The notes below the pieces were generated by a model. It made no database searches, had not been told where the DNA came from, and was given only the letters and a program-made list of their open reading frames with translations. From the NCBI RefSeq assembly GCF_001194135.2, contig NC_069007.1, forward strand, positions 21,079,249 to 21,143,248: a DNA stretch of 64,000 nucleotides, read 5' to 3'. Source of the stretch: Octopus bimaculoides (taxonomy: Eukaryota). Shown here piece by piece: positions 48,380-63,644 of this stretch. Within the stretch, counting starts at the first letter, position 1; each line of letters begins with the position of its first letter. The translations under genes were made by a program, and so were the position numbers.

Positions 48380-49870
48380 TCAAATGACAGTCACTTAACT
48401 CGACACATACGTATTCATACTGGAGAGAAACCTTATCCCTGTGATATCTGTGGTAAATCATTGTCTGACAGGAATAGCTTAACTCAACACAAACGTATTC
48501 ATACAGGGGAGAAACCGTATGGCTGTGATATCTGTGGTGAATCATTCTCTGTTGGCAGTACCTTAAATCGACACAAACGTATCCATACAGGGGAGAAACC
48601 ATATCACTGTGATTTATGTGGTAAATCTTTCTCTGAAAACTGTAACTTAACACAACACAAACGTATTCATACGGGGGAAAAACCATATCACTGTGATGTC
48701 TGTGGTAAATCATTGTCTGATAGGAGTAGCTTCACTCGACACAAACGTATGCATACAGGAGAGAAACCATATCACTGTGATGTCTGTGGTAAATCTTTCT
48801 CTGAAAATGGTAACTTAACTCAACACAAACGTATTCATACGGGGGAGAAACCATATCACTGTGATATCTGTGGTAAATCATTCTCTGAGGGCAGTCACTT
48901 AACTCAACACAAACGTATTCATACAGGAGAAAAACCTTATCCCTGTGATATCTGTGGTGAATCATTCTCTGTTACAAGTAGCTTAAATCGACACAAACGT
49001 ATCCATACAGGAGAGAAACCATATCACTGTGATTTATGTGGTAAATCTTTCCCTGAAAACTGTAGCTTAACTCAACACAAACGTATTCATACAGGAGAAA
49101 GACCTTATCCCTGTGATATCTGTGGTAAATCATTCTCTGGGGGCAGTCACTTAACTCAACACAAACGTATTCATACAGGAGAAAGACCTTATCCCTGTGA
49201 TATCTGTGGTAAATCATTCTCTGATGGCAGTAACTTCATTCGACACAAACGTATTCATACGGGGGAGAAACCTTATAACTGTAATATCTGTGGTAAATCA
49301 TTCTCTGAGGGCAGTCACTTAACTCAACACAAATGTATTCATACAGGAGAAAAACCTTATCCCTGTGATATCTGTGGTGAATCATTCTCTGTTAAAAGTA
49401 GCTTAAATCGACACAAACGTATCCATACAGGAGAGAAACCATATCACTGTGATTTATGTGGTAAATCTTTCTCTGAAAATGGTAGCCTAACTCAACATAA
49501 ACGTATTCATACGGGGGAGAAACCTTATAACTGTAGAATCTGTGGTAATTCATTCTCTAGTGACAGTCATTTAACTCGACACACACGTATTCATACAGGA
49601 GAGAAACCGTATGGCTGTGATATCTGTGGTGAATCATTCTCTGTTGGCAGTAGCTTAAATCGACACAAACGTATTCATACAGGGGAGAAACCATATCACT
49701 GTGGTATCTGTGGTGAATCATTCTATCACAGAGGTAACTTTACTACTCACTCAAGGATTCACACAGGGGAGAAGCCATATCACTGTGACATCTGTGATAA
49801 ATCATTCTCTGTTAGTAGTTGCCTAACTAGACACAAGCGTATTCATGCAGTGGAGAAAACCTCCCTGTGA
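48380..49870 (+). CDS. C2H2 zinc-finger protein (A-type), at least 18 fingers, start lost in a 10-N gap
   Basis: Both flanks of the gap match the 35875 locus, so the MSEELGK start was probably collapsed. Ends HAVEKTSL*. Confidence 0.9.
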   Translation, partial: SNDSHLTRHIRIHTGEKPYPCDICGKSLSDRNSLTQHKRIHTGEKPYGCDICGESFSVGSTLNRHKRIHTGEKPYHCDLCGKSFSENCNLTQHKRIHTGEKPYHCDVCGKSLSDRSSFTRHKRMHTGEKPYHCDVCGKSFSENGNLTQHKRIHTGEKPYHCDICGKSFSEGSHLTQHKRIHTGEKPYPCDICGESFSVTSSLNRHKRIHTGEKPYHCDLCGKSFPENCSLTQHKRIHTGERPYPCDICGKSFSGGSHLTQHKRIHTGERPYPCDICGKSFSDGSNFIRHKRIHTGEKPYNCNICGKSFSEGSHLTQHKCIHTGEKPYPCDICGESFSVKSSLNRHKRIHTGEKPYHCDLCGKSFSENGSLTQHKRIHTGEKPYNCRICGNSFSSDSHLTRHTRIHTGEKPYGCDICGESFSVGSSLNRHKRIHTGEKPYHCGICGESFYHRGNFTTHSRIHTGEKPYHCDICDKSFSVSSCLTRHKRIHAVEKTSL

Positions 49871-50091
49871 TATCAGCGGCAAATCATTCCATCAAAGAAG
49901 TAACTTAACTACTCACGGTCACTTAACTATACTCATATTTAAATTGGAGAAAAACCAGTTCACAGTTATATCTATGGTAAGTCATTGCTGATTTAAACAG
50001 AGGTCTTTCCTTATGAAGTGGATCCATAACACAGTGATATTTGTTGTATAACATTTCCTCAGAAGGACAAATGTGTATCAGTCAAATCATC

Positions 50092-50136
50092 CAACCCATG
50101 CTAGCATGGAAAGCGGACGTTAAACGATGATGATGA
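50092..50136 (+). mobile_element. RTE 3' tail
   Basis: catccaacccatgctagcatggaaagcggacgttaaacgatgatg. Confidence 0.7.
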
Positions 50137-51169
50137 ATGATACATTAATAATAACTGAGAATGAGAATTTTATTAATTTTATTATAGTTTATAAAGAACA
50201 CTATACTTCTTGAAGTAGAATTTGGCTAATTTACCTTAAATATAGAAAAAAAAGGTGACTAATTGGACAGACTTACAAATTAGCTGAACAGTTTTGTACA
50301 ATAAATTAAAAAAGTTAAGATCTGTAGAGTGATAAATTAGAAGAACTGCTGCTTTAATATATTCCTAACTCTCCGTTATATCACAACCTTCCACTAACTT
50401 TTTAAACCATAAAATAACTATTACATCTCATGCAGGATTCTTTCTCAGTCTATTCTCTCTCCCTTTCTTTTGGCCTCTCTCTTCACCTTATCCTCTTTTA
50501 TTCCCCCCCCCTTTTTTTTCTCTAATAATATGGAAGTGTTACTGACAGGCTCAGTAACATAATGACCAGCAGAATTATTATAAGACCACCTTTCTTCCCT
50601 CCCTCCCTACAAATCTTATTTCACTACTCTACGTAATCAAAGAATAACAGCTGAACAAACAAGCTTTAAGTAAACAACGCACAGAGTAAACTGGATACGA
50701 AATGATATATATCCACCAATATAACTATGATTATCACTGGAAAATACCCACACGGATTCTATACATGGATATTTACTTTTGGAATGGAACTATACTCCAA
50801 GTACTTTTTCTTCTTTGTTTTTTTCTTCTCCGCATCGCTCCCATTTCTTACTGCAAATCTCCTCATACAGATGTAATAATCCTTATCTTCTACTATTACC
50901 GTCTCCGATGAAGGGATACATTGAATTTTCCCTGAAACGGCTGTTAAGACATTCTACATAAAATAAAAATTTACTTATGCCATTGGTCTCTTTATCTCAT
51001 TCTTTTTTATATATTCACACGCTAATACACGACCCATGTTATATTCCCTATTCATGTTGCAACCACATCTGGGGCAAAACTAGTCAGTATACAGCACTTA
51101 CTCGGTAGTACCTGTATCATTCAGGTCTGGTTGACTCCATTACCCTTCATATATATATATATATATGTT

Positions 51170-51263
51170 GTTTAATGTCCGCTTTCCATGCTAGCATGGG
51201 TTGGACGATTTGACTGAGGACTGGTGAAACCAGATGGCTACACCAGGCTCCAATCTGATTTGG
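51170..51263 (-). mobile_element. RTE 3' UTR/tail fragment
   Basis: Same family as 8628. Confidence 0.7.
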
Positions 51264-52501
51264 NNNNNNNNNNGAGAGGAGTGGTACCAATACAGTTATC
51301 AACATAATAGTTGTAGAGGTCTGGGTTTAAGATCAGTGAATCTTAAAAATGATGAGGAACTTAAATGCACTGATGCAGTTGAGGACCTCTCTCATGCCAG
51401 TGACCATTCCAAGAAACAGTGAGTAAATGTTGCCCATAAAGGAGAAACAATTCAGAGTAAGATAAAGTTCTGTTCGACAGAGAAGGGTGGAGGTTCTAGG
51501 ATAAATAATAGTGAAAGAGGGGCCAGGCAGAAGAGAGGCTCTTATGATGAGAGATGACACTCATGGCAAAAATGGGGCAGGAAGGACTGGGGGGGGGTAG
51601 GAAGAATTGAAGAGGGAAGAGAGTATGTTTAGTATTGTGAATCTAGGAGGAAGGTATTGAGTTGAGTGGCAAGGACNNNNNNNNNNNNNNNNNNNNNNNN
51701 NNNNNNNNNNNNNNNNNNNNNNNNNNNNNNNNNNNNNNNNNNNNNNNNNNNNNNNNNNNNNNNNNNNNNNNNNNNNNNNNNNNNNNNNNNNNNNNNNNNN
51801 NNNNNNNNNNNNNNNNNNNNNNNNNNNNNNNNNNNNNNNNNNNNNNNNNNNNNNNNNNNNNNNNNNNNNNNNNNNNNNNNNNNNNNNNNNNNNNNNNNNN
51901 NNNNNNNNNNNNNNNNNNNNNNNNNNNNNNNNNNNNNNNNNNNNNNNNNNNNNNNNNNNNNNNNNNNNNNNNNNNNNNNNNNNNNNNNNNNNNNNNNNNN
52001 NNNNNNNNNNNNNNNNNNNNNNNNNNNNNNNNNNNNNNNNNNNNNNNNNNNNNNNNNNNNNNNNNNNNNNNNNNNNNNNNNNNNNNNNNNNNNNNNNNNN
52101 NNNNNNNNNNNNNNNNNNNNNNNNNNNNNNNNNNNNNNNNNNNNNNNNNNNNNNNNNNNNNNNNNNNNNNNNNNNNNNNNNNNNNNNNNNNNNNNNNNNN
52201 NNNNNNNNNNNNNNNNNNNNNNNNNNNNNNNNNNNNNNNNNNNNNNNNNNNNNNNNNNNNNNNNNNNNNNNNNNNNNNNNNNNNNNNNNNNNNNNNNNNN
52301 NNNNNNNNNNNNNNNNNNNNNNNNNNNNNNNNNNNNNNNNNNNNNNNNNNNNNNNNNNNNNNNNNNNNNNNNNNNNNNNNNNNNNNNNNNNNNNNNNNNN
52401 NNNNNNNNNNNNNNNNNNNNNNNNNNNNNNNNNNNNNNNNNNNNNNNNNNNNNNNNNNNNNNNNNNNNNNNNNNNNNNNNNNNNNNNNNNNNNNNNNNNN
52501 N

Positions 52502-52690
52502 CGGCCACGCTCAAAATGGTGCATCTCATGTGCCACCCGCACAAGAACCAGTCCAGGGGCACTGGCAACGATCTTACTTGGCTTGCCGGGTCTTCTCACG
52601 CACAGCACATTTCCAAAGGTCTCGGTCAGTAGCCATCGCCTCGGTGAGGCCCAATGTACGAAGGTCTTGCCTCACCACCTCAGCCCAGGT
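52502..52690 (-). mobile_element. RTE-clade LINE ORF C-terminus + start of 3' UTR
   Basis: TWAEVVRQDLRTLGLTEAMATDRDLWKCAVREKTRQAK* is typical of the RTE C-terminus and runs into the same UTR seen at 15950. Confidence 0.75.
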
Positions 52691-52964
52691 ACATGTGAAA
52701 TATATATATATATTTATATATGTATATTATTTTTGTGTGTGGTTTGAATAATATTTTTTGCAGAGTAATTACATAACACATAAAGACAACGAAGAAAAGT
52801 TTGATATTATTTATTCAGCATTACATGTGTTTCATTTCCAAATAGGAATTACAAACTTTTAGATGTAGAGAAAAAAATGTAAAATATCTCCTATCAGAAA
52901 TTCTTCATACATACATATATACATGTGTGTGTGTGTGTATGCATATGTGAGTGTACCCTTGGCC

Positions 52965-53200
52965 AAATATCACATGATGTTTGTAAACGGCCATCATGAG
53001 TGTCATGCAAATGCAGTCGTTCATTTCCAGTCTTCTGCATAAAATATGTCTCACCATGGAAAATATTTCCTTGCTTAGCAACAGGTGAGGATGGGTGACG
53101 GGAAAGGCATCCAGCTGAAGAAAATCCCCATCAATGAATTCTATCTGATCCATAGAAGCATGGAAAAATGAAGGTTAAATGATGAGGATCATTATATCAT
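52965..53200 (+). mobile_element. RTE-related insertion, paralog of 31868
   Basis: Antisense to the 53689 gene, same relative position. Confidence 0.65.
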
Positions 53201-53559
53201 AGTGATATGGTTCCTCTTCTGTATCAATGCATTTCTGTTTTAATAATTGATCATTTTCATAGATTGATTTAGCACGAATAGCTTAGGTTATGGTTATATC
53301 TTTCATATTTAATATGACTGTAGAATTAATTCACCATTTTGAAAGAATGATTAAGGTTTAATATCGCAGTGATATGTTTTCCTTCCTCAGTCAATGCTCT
53401 TTTGATTTGTTAATAGATCATTTCAAATGAAAGATTTACTATAGATATCACATTCATATAGTTTCTATCATGTGTAGAGATTTTTCTGAGGCACAAGCTT
53501 GTCCTTCTGAGGGAATTTTATAAAACAAATGTCACTGTACTTATGGATCCACTTGTTTT

Positions 53560-53688
53560 TAATCAAGTGATGATTTTGTGAGAAAATATTTTATTGCAGA
53601 TATCAAAAAGGTTTATGGTTTTACTCCAGTATGAATACGTTTGTGTGTAGTTAAGCTTCTTTTTTCAGAGAATGATTTACCATAGATA
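53560..53688 (-). pseudogene. Two fossil fingers after the stop of the 53689 gene
   Basis: [17 protein letters not shown] and QNHHLIKNK, equivalent to the last B-type fingers. Confidence 0.75.
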
Positions 53689-54591
<903 letters not shown>

Positions 54592-54852
54592 TCAAGTTTT
54601 ATACATCAATAACTTTTCAAAAATATTTCTCCTCTCACCAAAATCTATGGATATTTTTCTTCTTGTTTTTATAGTTTATTCCAAGCAAATATAACTTTTG
54701 TTAAATTTCTTCTAAATGTGATCTTTGTCAATATTTAGAAATGTTGCAAATACTTTTGTAAATTCATCAAAATATATTCAAAAGAGAAAATTATCTCTTC
54801 GACATTTCAGGCATGGAGGTAAAGTAATGTTTTCTCTGAGGAAAGATTTTAC

Positions 54853-54988
54853 TGTAATTCAGCCATGTTTCATAGAAGCCTGGTTATATGTTTGTAGAAT
54901 ATCTTTGCAGAGTCTTTCAAACATGATACATATTGAAGATTCTTTAAAAGTAAAAAAAAATACTTTTTAGCCAATTTCATGTGATTTT
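54853..54988 (-). promoter_or_regulatory. Conserved leader block
   Basis: Acceptor at 54990-54989; uORF present; GT at 54852. Confidence 0.6.
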
Positions 54989-55459
54989 CTGAAAGAATAG
55001 AAAATTAAGATAAGACATAAAGTATGTTTAAAAGGTAGATATTCGTGCAAATTTACGACAATTCTATTTTGCTAAATTGTAGAAGTATTAAACTTATTTA
55101 ATCTCACCAGTTTTAAGAAGTTTCTATCTACATATGGGAATACATGCGATTATGAAAAAAATTGTCTTTTAATTTTTCCAATTTTATTTTTAAATCGAAA
55201 TTTAAAATACTCACAGTAGAATTTTTTTGGCTTAAATCCCAACAAGAGAGACAGAGAATGTAGGAGGGTATCAGGTGGTTACGAAATGTTTGAAAAATCA
55301 CATAGTTTTTGTTTGTTTGTTTGCTGCAAAACCGTATGAATTCTTGTGTGTAGCACACGTATGTACAAAAATTTTCTGAAAATTCCCCCAAAATAAAAAA
55401 TATGTGAGAAAGGATTATATTGGGTGCTTAAAGCAACATTCTGCCAAATTGTTTTTTAT

Positions 55460-55930
55460 TGTGAGTTGTAATGATGCAGAAGAACCACCAGAAATAAAGA
55501 TTTCCTGTTTCAAATAAAAGCCGTTCCATTTCTTCTGTATACGATATTTACTTTTCGTTTCAGTATTTCAGGTGCACACTCGTATTTTTATATATTCCCC
55601 ATTTTCTTACACCAATTATATCGTACTTACCCCGCATTTAACTTTATAGTCAAATTTACACGTCAGAAAGAAAGAGAAATGTTATCTAAACAAGATATAG
55701 ATCTGACGTTAACGAATATAGGAAATAACTAAAAGTGCAATGAAATGTCTAAAAGAAAACGATAATGAAAGTATTAAAAGAACAACCTTACTTTCATATA
55801 ATTTCGTCTTTGTTTAGTGAGATTCTTTCTTTTAACTTATTCAACACATGGAAACAATCAGATATGTCATGACACATATATAATAGAAATGTTTATATAA
55901 ATATAATACTTACATAGTAATATATATTTA
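55460..55930 (-). promoter_or_regulatory. Truncated upstream module of the 53689 gene
   Basis: GTAAGTA donor at 55913; the exon-1 body is missing. Confidence 0.55.
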
Positions 55931-56145
55931 TACGTATATAGATACTATTCAAGAATAGTTGTACCGGTGTACGCACTCGCACATCCGGACTAGCAAGTCG
56001 TGACTAGTGGATCCAACGACTACCTAGGGCAAGTGTGCGTCATGCGCAAAACATGTATGAGAGTTTTTTTCTAAACAAAGTAAATAAATTATACACTACC
56101 TATTTTTGGTAAACAGTCCATTATTAACATCTATATTGGTATGTA

Positions 56146-56182
<37 letters not shown>

Positions 56183-56372
56183 AAGCAATGTCCAGGAGTT
56201 GCTATTATAATTATTGTATCTGCTCATAATTTATTAACTTTTGGAAAAGTTCACATGCAGGTTGGTTTACTTCTACAATTCATTAAAACAGAAATGACAT
56301 AAATTTGCATTTTTGAATATCTACCTTTTAAACATATTCTATGTCTTATATTATTTTTTTGTATTCTTTCAG

Positions 56373-56507
56373 AAAATCACATGAAATTGGCTAAAAAGTA
56401 TTTTTTTTACTTTTAAAGAATCACCAATATGTATCATGTTCGAAAGACTCTGCAAAGATGTTCTACAAACGTATAACCAGGCTTCTATAAAACGTTGCTG
56501 AATTACA
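56373..56507 (+). promoter_or_regulatory. Conserved leader block
   Basis: Acceptor 56371-2; uORF present; GT at 56508. Confidence 0.6.
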
Positions 56508-56662
56508 GTAAAATCTTTCCTCTGAGAGAATTATAATGAAAGTGAGATTTGTTTGAAATAAACTATAAAAATAGAAAGAAAAATATTTTGGTGAGAAAAG
56601 ACCTTCTTGGAAAATTACTGACATATAAAACTTAAAGGATTGATTTTATTTTTCCTGAAGAG

Positions 56663-57689
<1,027 letters not shown>

Positions 57690-57799
57690 CAAAACCATAA
57701 TTTAACTAAACACAGGCATATACATACAGAAAATCATCGCTGAATTAAACACAAGTGCATTCCTTATTAATTGGATTCATAGCACAGTGATGTTTGTTC

Positions 57800-58025
57800 A
57801 CTACAATCATCATCGTCGCCATCATTTAATATCCACTTTTCCTTAAATCTATGGATCAGATGGGATTCATTGATGGAGATTTTCTGCAGCTGGATGCCAA
57901 TCCTCACTTGTTTCCAAGCAAGGAAATATTTTCCATGGTGAGACATATTTTATGCAGAAGACTTGAAATGAACAGCTGCATTTATATGACAATGATGGTC
58001 ATTTACTAGTATCATGTGATATCTA
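57800..58025 (-). mobile_element. RTE-related insertion, diverged paralog of 31868
   Basis: Same motifs and orientation relative to the gene. Confidence 0.6.
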
Positions 58026-58087
58026 GTGAAGGGTACATACACACACATCTATAAATATATACATATTTAAAAAGCATCTATTATGCT

Positions 58088-58230
58088 CTTGGAGTGGTTG
58101 GCATTAGGAAGAGCATCCAGTCATATACACACTGCCAAATCAGGGTGCAACTTGGTGCATTTCTCTGGCTTGCCAGTTCCAGTTGAACTGTCTAACCCAT
58201 ACCAGCATGGAAAGTGAACAATAAATGATG
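58088..58230 (+). mobile_element. Decayed RTE 3' UTR
   Basis: ggttggcattaggaagagcatccag..cagcatggaaagtg..aaatgatgatg. Confidence 0.6.
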
Positions 58231-58439
58231 ATGTATGTACGAATAATTTCTAATAAGAGATATCTGACATGTTTCCTTCCTGTATATATAAAATTTTGTA
58301 ATTCCTGTTCGCAAATGAAACACATGTAATGATGAATAAATAATTCCAAAACCTTTTTTTAATCTCCTCTTCTGTTATGTACTTACTCTGCAAAACGATT
58401 TCCCAGTATTTTTCAATTCTTAAGGCATACCTGACATAC

Positions 58440-58950
58440 AACATCCCTTCTGTAGCCTTTGCCACATTCGGTCAGAAGTGAAACCATAAACGCTTTCTTC
58501 ATCAAGCGTTCCAGTCCACCAAAAAGCCAGACCATTTTGATATTTTCGATGGACCAGAACCGTTTCATCGATCTCAATTTCAACCCCACCTCCTCCGATC
58601 ACATTTTGGTGGTTTTCTGCCCCAAACTGGCAGACCTCAGCACAGAAAGACAGCCAACCTACCTAGGTTTTACAGCAGAATCCAAGGTTTTCCTCGATTA
58701 ATCTGTGCTGAAGAAGTGATTCACGAAAATCAAAATCTTCCAAGGTGGAGAATATCCACAATCCCTTCTGGATTGACGACGTCGTCGTACCATCCTACGG
58801 CAACGCCACATGATCGTTTCCTCGTGCAAAATACATGGGAAATTACATGTTGGACAATTGTGGGTAAACGGCAGGACACCGTGTTCCATGAAAAATGTAA
58901 TAGCAGTATTATTTTTACCGTGGAAACAGAGAACTCCTTAATAAAGAGTG
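58440..58950 (-). mobile_element. Merlin/IS1595(ISXO2)-family transposase remnant
   Basis: HNCPTC..WRC..DCGYS (Cys cluster), then VIGGGGVEIEIDETVLVHRKYQNG, and in a shifted frame VWLFGGLERLMKKAFMV; frameshifts and deletions present. Confidence 0.8.
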
Positions 58951-59068
58951 ATATTGCAACAGTTGTATGGAGCTATGGTGTTAGAGCAGAATTAGGATTT
59001 CGTGTATCTGCGCGCACATGTGTGAGAGAGAAAGAGTGAGTGAAGGTGATAATGAATGCCTTCTAAGG

Positions 59069-59330
59069 CAGGGGTTTTCAAACTGTGGTCCGCAAGGACA
59101 AGACAGGGGGGGGGGTCCGTGGACAGCAAATACTTTTTATGGGCAATTTGATTTTATATATGTGTTTTTTAATCGAAATCTTTTAATTGACAATAAACCT
59201 ATTTGTTAAGTACTGTTAAATAAATAAATGTAAAAATATATGTTATTTTAAGTAAATATTTATGTATAAATTTCATAAGCGTTTATGAAATATAAAGGGG
59301 TCCGCAAGTCAAAAAGTTTGAAAACCCCTG
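59069..59330. mobile_element. hAT-family MITE, 262 bp
   Basis: TIR caggggttttcaaac / gtttgaaaacccctg; 8-bp TSD ttctaagg at 59061-59068 and 59331-59338. Confidence 0.92.
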
Positions 59331-60379
59331 TTCTAAGGTACACACTCATTTTGAAAATGTGACGTCTATGATAGATAACTTATGGAAAAGATTATAATTT
59401 TAAATTTTTGTAATTCAAATATGTCAACGAAACAAAAGTACTGAATATTTTGATACTCCATACGTGAAAATTGATTCTCTCACCCCTCCATACTCACCAA
59501 TAAGGGGTGTGCGAGCGTAACAATCTCTACAGTACACAGAAAACGAAAGGCTAAAACAAGTGAAACACCATGTTTTACATATGGGTTGTATACGTCGGTC
59601 TTGTTTTTTCGCTTTAAAGGCAAGCGATTCTCATATAAGAAAACACGATATTAAATAATTCTCTTTAACATACTTCTAAAATGAGACTTCATCTATATGT
59701 AGAGATGTGTGTGTCTACCATCCCATCAGCAACAATCATCATCACCTTCTTCATAATATTTGTACCCTTTAAAAAGAAGCACCTGTTGCTATTTTTCTCA
59801 ATTTATTTTACATTGTGTTCACCCAAATTGGAACTTTTACTGTATTTTGCGCCAGAGAACATAAAAGATTATATGAAGGCAAAACGTATTGCCAATGAAT
59901 AAACGTGGTGTGCTTACACACATTCGATGAATTTTCAAAATCCTAGTCGTTCTATTGACGAGTTTGTCAATAGAACGTGCACTAAATGTGAAAAAAAAAA
60001 AAAAGCCTTTTTCCGTCAGGAAAGGTAAATTAACAGAAAACTCTGAGCTGCCATTATATTTAATTTCTCATTTAGTGTTTGATTTTATTTTCGAATTGCC
60101 TGTAACGATTTCTGGCGAGAAGGAATTGCATTGATAACAAAAAAACTGCCGTTCAGAGAGACGAGTTCTTTAGAGATGTTTTGCTACAGGACAAAAGAAG
60201 GCAATGGTGGTGGGATCATAAGCTTGTTCTTTCAATAGCAAGAACAATGGGAGGAAGAATGTGTCGCAAAACTGGGGTTGTCGGATGTTTAGGACAACAG
60301 AACGAAGCAAAAAAAAAGATTTGTTCAAAATGTACCCGAGAGGAAGAACAGAGACGACATTAAATAGCAGACGACACTT

Positions 60380-60660
60380 TTACTCTCTCTCCACCTTCAA
60401 ACTCTCTCTCTACCTCTCACTTCACAGTTCATTCTGCAGCTCCCTCTCCACCTTCCATCTCTCTCTCTCTCTCTCCACCTCTCACTTCACAGATCATTCT
60501 GCAGCTCCCTCTCCACCTTCCATCTCTCTCTCTCTCTCTCCACCTCTCACTTCACAGATCATTCTGCAGCTCCCTCTCCACCTTCCATCTCTCTCTCTCT
60601 CTCACCCTCTCACTTCACCTCCCACCTCTCTCTCTCTCCACATCAGTCTGCAGATTTCTC
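60380..60660. repeat. ~62-bp CT-rich tandem repeat, ~4 units
   Basis: ctctcacttcacagatcattctgcagctccctctccaccttccatct(ct)n repeated. Confidence 0.9.
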
Positions 60661-60705
60661 TCGCCTCGTCCAGACGTATTTGTTCCTCGCTCAAAATTCT
60701 GACAT

Positions 60706-61570
60706 TCAAAATTGCTCAAGCTAAGTGGCAACAATTGATACCATTTGAAAACTTTTTTTTTGCACCTAAGGCCTTATTAATACATCCACGGATCGATATA
60801 TATCCAGTGATTTTTGAACGTATGCAAAAGATATTGTTTCAATAGACTTTAGCTTGTTTCACACAAAACACTAAAAAGGTTTTTGTTTGTCCAGACATTG
60901 TTACCGTTAATTATTTCTAACTTCAGCTTTTGTTTTATTATCACCAAATGTCATCTAGGAAAAGATTTCTTTCAGCATATTTCTTTATAATCGTCATGTA
61001 TGCCATTTGAAAGCTATTTCTATAAAAGGTCATTGAAAAATAAATTCGACGGACTAATAAAATTCATATATTATTTCCGTAAACCCTAATTGAAAACAAG
61101 AAGCTACCACAACCATCCCCATCAGCAACAATCATCATCACCTTCTTCATAATATTTGTACCCTTTANNNNNNNNNNNNNNNNNNNNNNNNNNNNNNNNN
61201 NNNNNNNNNNNNNNNNNNNNNNNNNNNNNNNNNNNNNNNNNNNNNNNNNNNNNNNNNNNNNNNNNNNATTCAAAATTGCTCAAGCTAAGTGGCAACAATT
61301 GATACCATTTGAAAACTTTTTTTTTGCACCTAAGGCCTTATTAATACATCCACGGATCGATATATATCCAGTGATTTTTGAACGTATGCAAAAGATATTG
61401 TTTCAATAGACTTTAGCTTGTTTCACACAAAACACTAAAAAGGTTTTTGTTTGTCCAGACATTGTTACCGTTCATTATTTCTAACTTCAGCTTCTGTTTA
61501 TTATCACCAACTGTCATCTAGGAAAAATGTTTCCAACATATTTCTTTATAATCGTCATGTATGAAGATCG
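60706..61570 (+). repeat. Direct duplication across a gap
   Basis: 60706-61010 matches 61269-61570; 59720-59772 matches 61115-61167. Confidence 0.85.
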
Positions 61571-62830
61571 TAAGGTCTTTCTATAAAATATCATTGAAAA
61601 AAATCCCTATTTTCCGAAAGGAAAAGCTCGAATTTTACGAAATTCTCTCTCTGCCCTCTAGGAAAAAATTTTCAAAGTTATTTCTTTATAATCGTCATGT
61701 ATGGAGATCGTAAGGTATTTCTATAAAATATCATTGAAAAAAACTCCCCTATAATCAGGAAAGTTACGACGGAAAAATCAAGGGTCATGTGAAAATTTCA
61801 TTCCCCATACTGCTGGAAAAGACTTTCCTGAGAAATTCTTTTAGAATTGTAGTGTACACCGATTGAAAGGTATTTCTATAAAATTTCAATGAAAAAATCC
61901 CCCCTATTTTGGCTAACTACATTCAAAAAATGTACCTGCATATAGAGGTATGTATAGGTTATTTTCAAAATATAATTTCTGAAATTCAATGTGGTAGCAT
62001 ATGATCTGTTTGAGAATGTTTTCTGTTTTATCTTTACATATATACCACCGCTTCGTCACTTCATGGGAGAAAACTTCTGAAACTATATATATGTTATATA
62101 TATGGGTAGTGGGTAGTGATTTTCTTGACTACCTCAGGGCGTGACGACCCTGCCTGACAGTACCTGGAATGGGCCCCCATCCGGGGTTACGGAAAGAAGA
62201 CACCCTTCAAAGAAGGTGCTAAGCGTAATGCTCTGCACTCCTTTGGACTACATCAGGAAGGTTCAGAGAAGAATCCTGAGGATTGGACTCCAAGGCCTGT
62301 GAAAAGCTGGAGTGGAAACTTCGGTAACCACACTAGATTATTTTATGCACAACTCCATTGCCTCCCAAGACAAAAGGATGCCAACAACATTATATGCAAA
62401 CAATGGACCACATACAGAGGTATGTATAGATTATTTTCAAAACATAATTTCTGAAATTCAATGTGGTAGAATGTGATCTGTTTGAGAATGTTTTCTGACA
62501 CACGGTTTCTGTTTTATCTTTACATATATTCCACCGCTTTGTCACTTCATGGGAGAAAACTTGTAATATATGTATTAGGAATGGCTGCCTATATGCAAAC
62601 AATAGACCACATACAGAGGTATGTATAGATTATTGGAAATGCTCGTATCATGTAAATTTCTCAAAGTCTATTTCCTACCCAGGTGGGACATTTCGGTCAT
62701 GAATTTCTTTATAATCGTAATGTATACAGATTGAAAGGTATTTCTATAAAATTTCAATGAAAAAAACCCCCTATTTTCATAAATATGAGGAGCGAAATGC
62801 TTGTATTATGTGAATTTCTCAAAGTCTATT
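61535..62830 (+). repeat. Dispersed ~90-bp AT-rich unit and a duplicated ~160-bp block
   Basis: tttctttataatcgtcatgta..aaggt(a/c)tttctataaaat at ~60980, 61540, 61680, 61835 and 62700; 61935-62080 matches 62405-62560. Confidence 0.75.
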
Positions 62831-63644
62831 TCCGAGGAGCGTTACCCGTTCAGGATAGGGAAAGCATCCTGCATGCTGTTGTTCAGTGCCTGGAAGTGTG
62901 GGCTTATGCAGAACATCTGCTGTCAAGTTCGAGAAGAGTACAGCTGTCATCCATGTCAATCGTAAGAAGGTAAGAAATGTTTTCTTGCAGTAGTGCATTG
63001 TGGTTTGTCAGTCTTGGTTTTCAATTGATGTTAGACAATCCATTCTCCATCACTGTGATACATTTAAAAACAAAGAGGTCGATTTCATTGCGTATGAAAT
63101 GCTCATTGCAAATATTGATTTATTGTGTTAAGCGGAACTCTTAATGATCCCACACTGTTATGACAATCAGATCCAATTTGGTCATCAACATCAGTAGGTC
63201 GACCAGAATGTTGGTCACCTTTGAGTGAAAAACTTCCAGAATGCAATGTTTTAAACCATTTCTAACATTTGCATTCTGTTAAGCAATAAACACCATAAAC
63301 CTCAAATATCTCTTTGTGAGCCTCAGCAACTTCCTTGCTCTTACAGAAATAAAGAAAACAAAATATGGCGAAAATGTTTGTTTTTGCACTCCATGTTAAA
63401 ATTGACAATGAACTGTAAATAAAACTACAATTTAATCCTAAAATAAGCTAAAAGTAATGACTATCAAATACCAAAAGGAAAAATCTCAACATAGACAAAA
63501 GTCATAAAAAAAAATTGTAACTATGGATTTGTGAAAAACAAAATTACTTTCTTTCCAACCCAATAAATCCAAATTGTCATTTTGAAGTATATATGCAGAT
63601 TCCACTACTCCAAAGTTGTATGTAGATGTTATACTTGTGTTCGG

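Noticed and set aside
16971-49217. Antisense ORFs such as [20 protein letters not shown] (16971, 22829, 28033, 30841, 35948, 42019, 48264 and others)
   Set aside because: Shadow frames of the 84-bp finger repeat; no independent evidence of coding.
51420-51676. Possible LINE endonuclease fragment
   Set aside because: No recognisable APE motifs in any frame.
1589-52751. Long ORFs made mostly of X
   Set aside because: Artefacts of translating through N gaps.
62836-62990. Possible L1/Tx1 C-terminal fragment (ESILHAVVQC..VWAY)
   Set aside because: Too short and too weak to call without a profile search.
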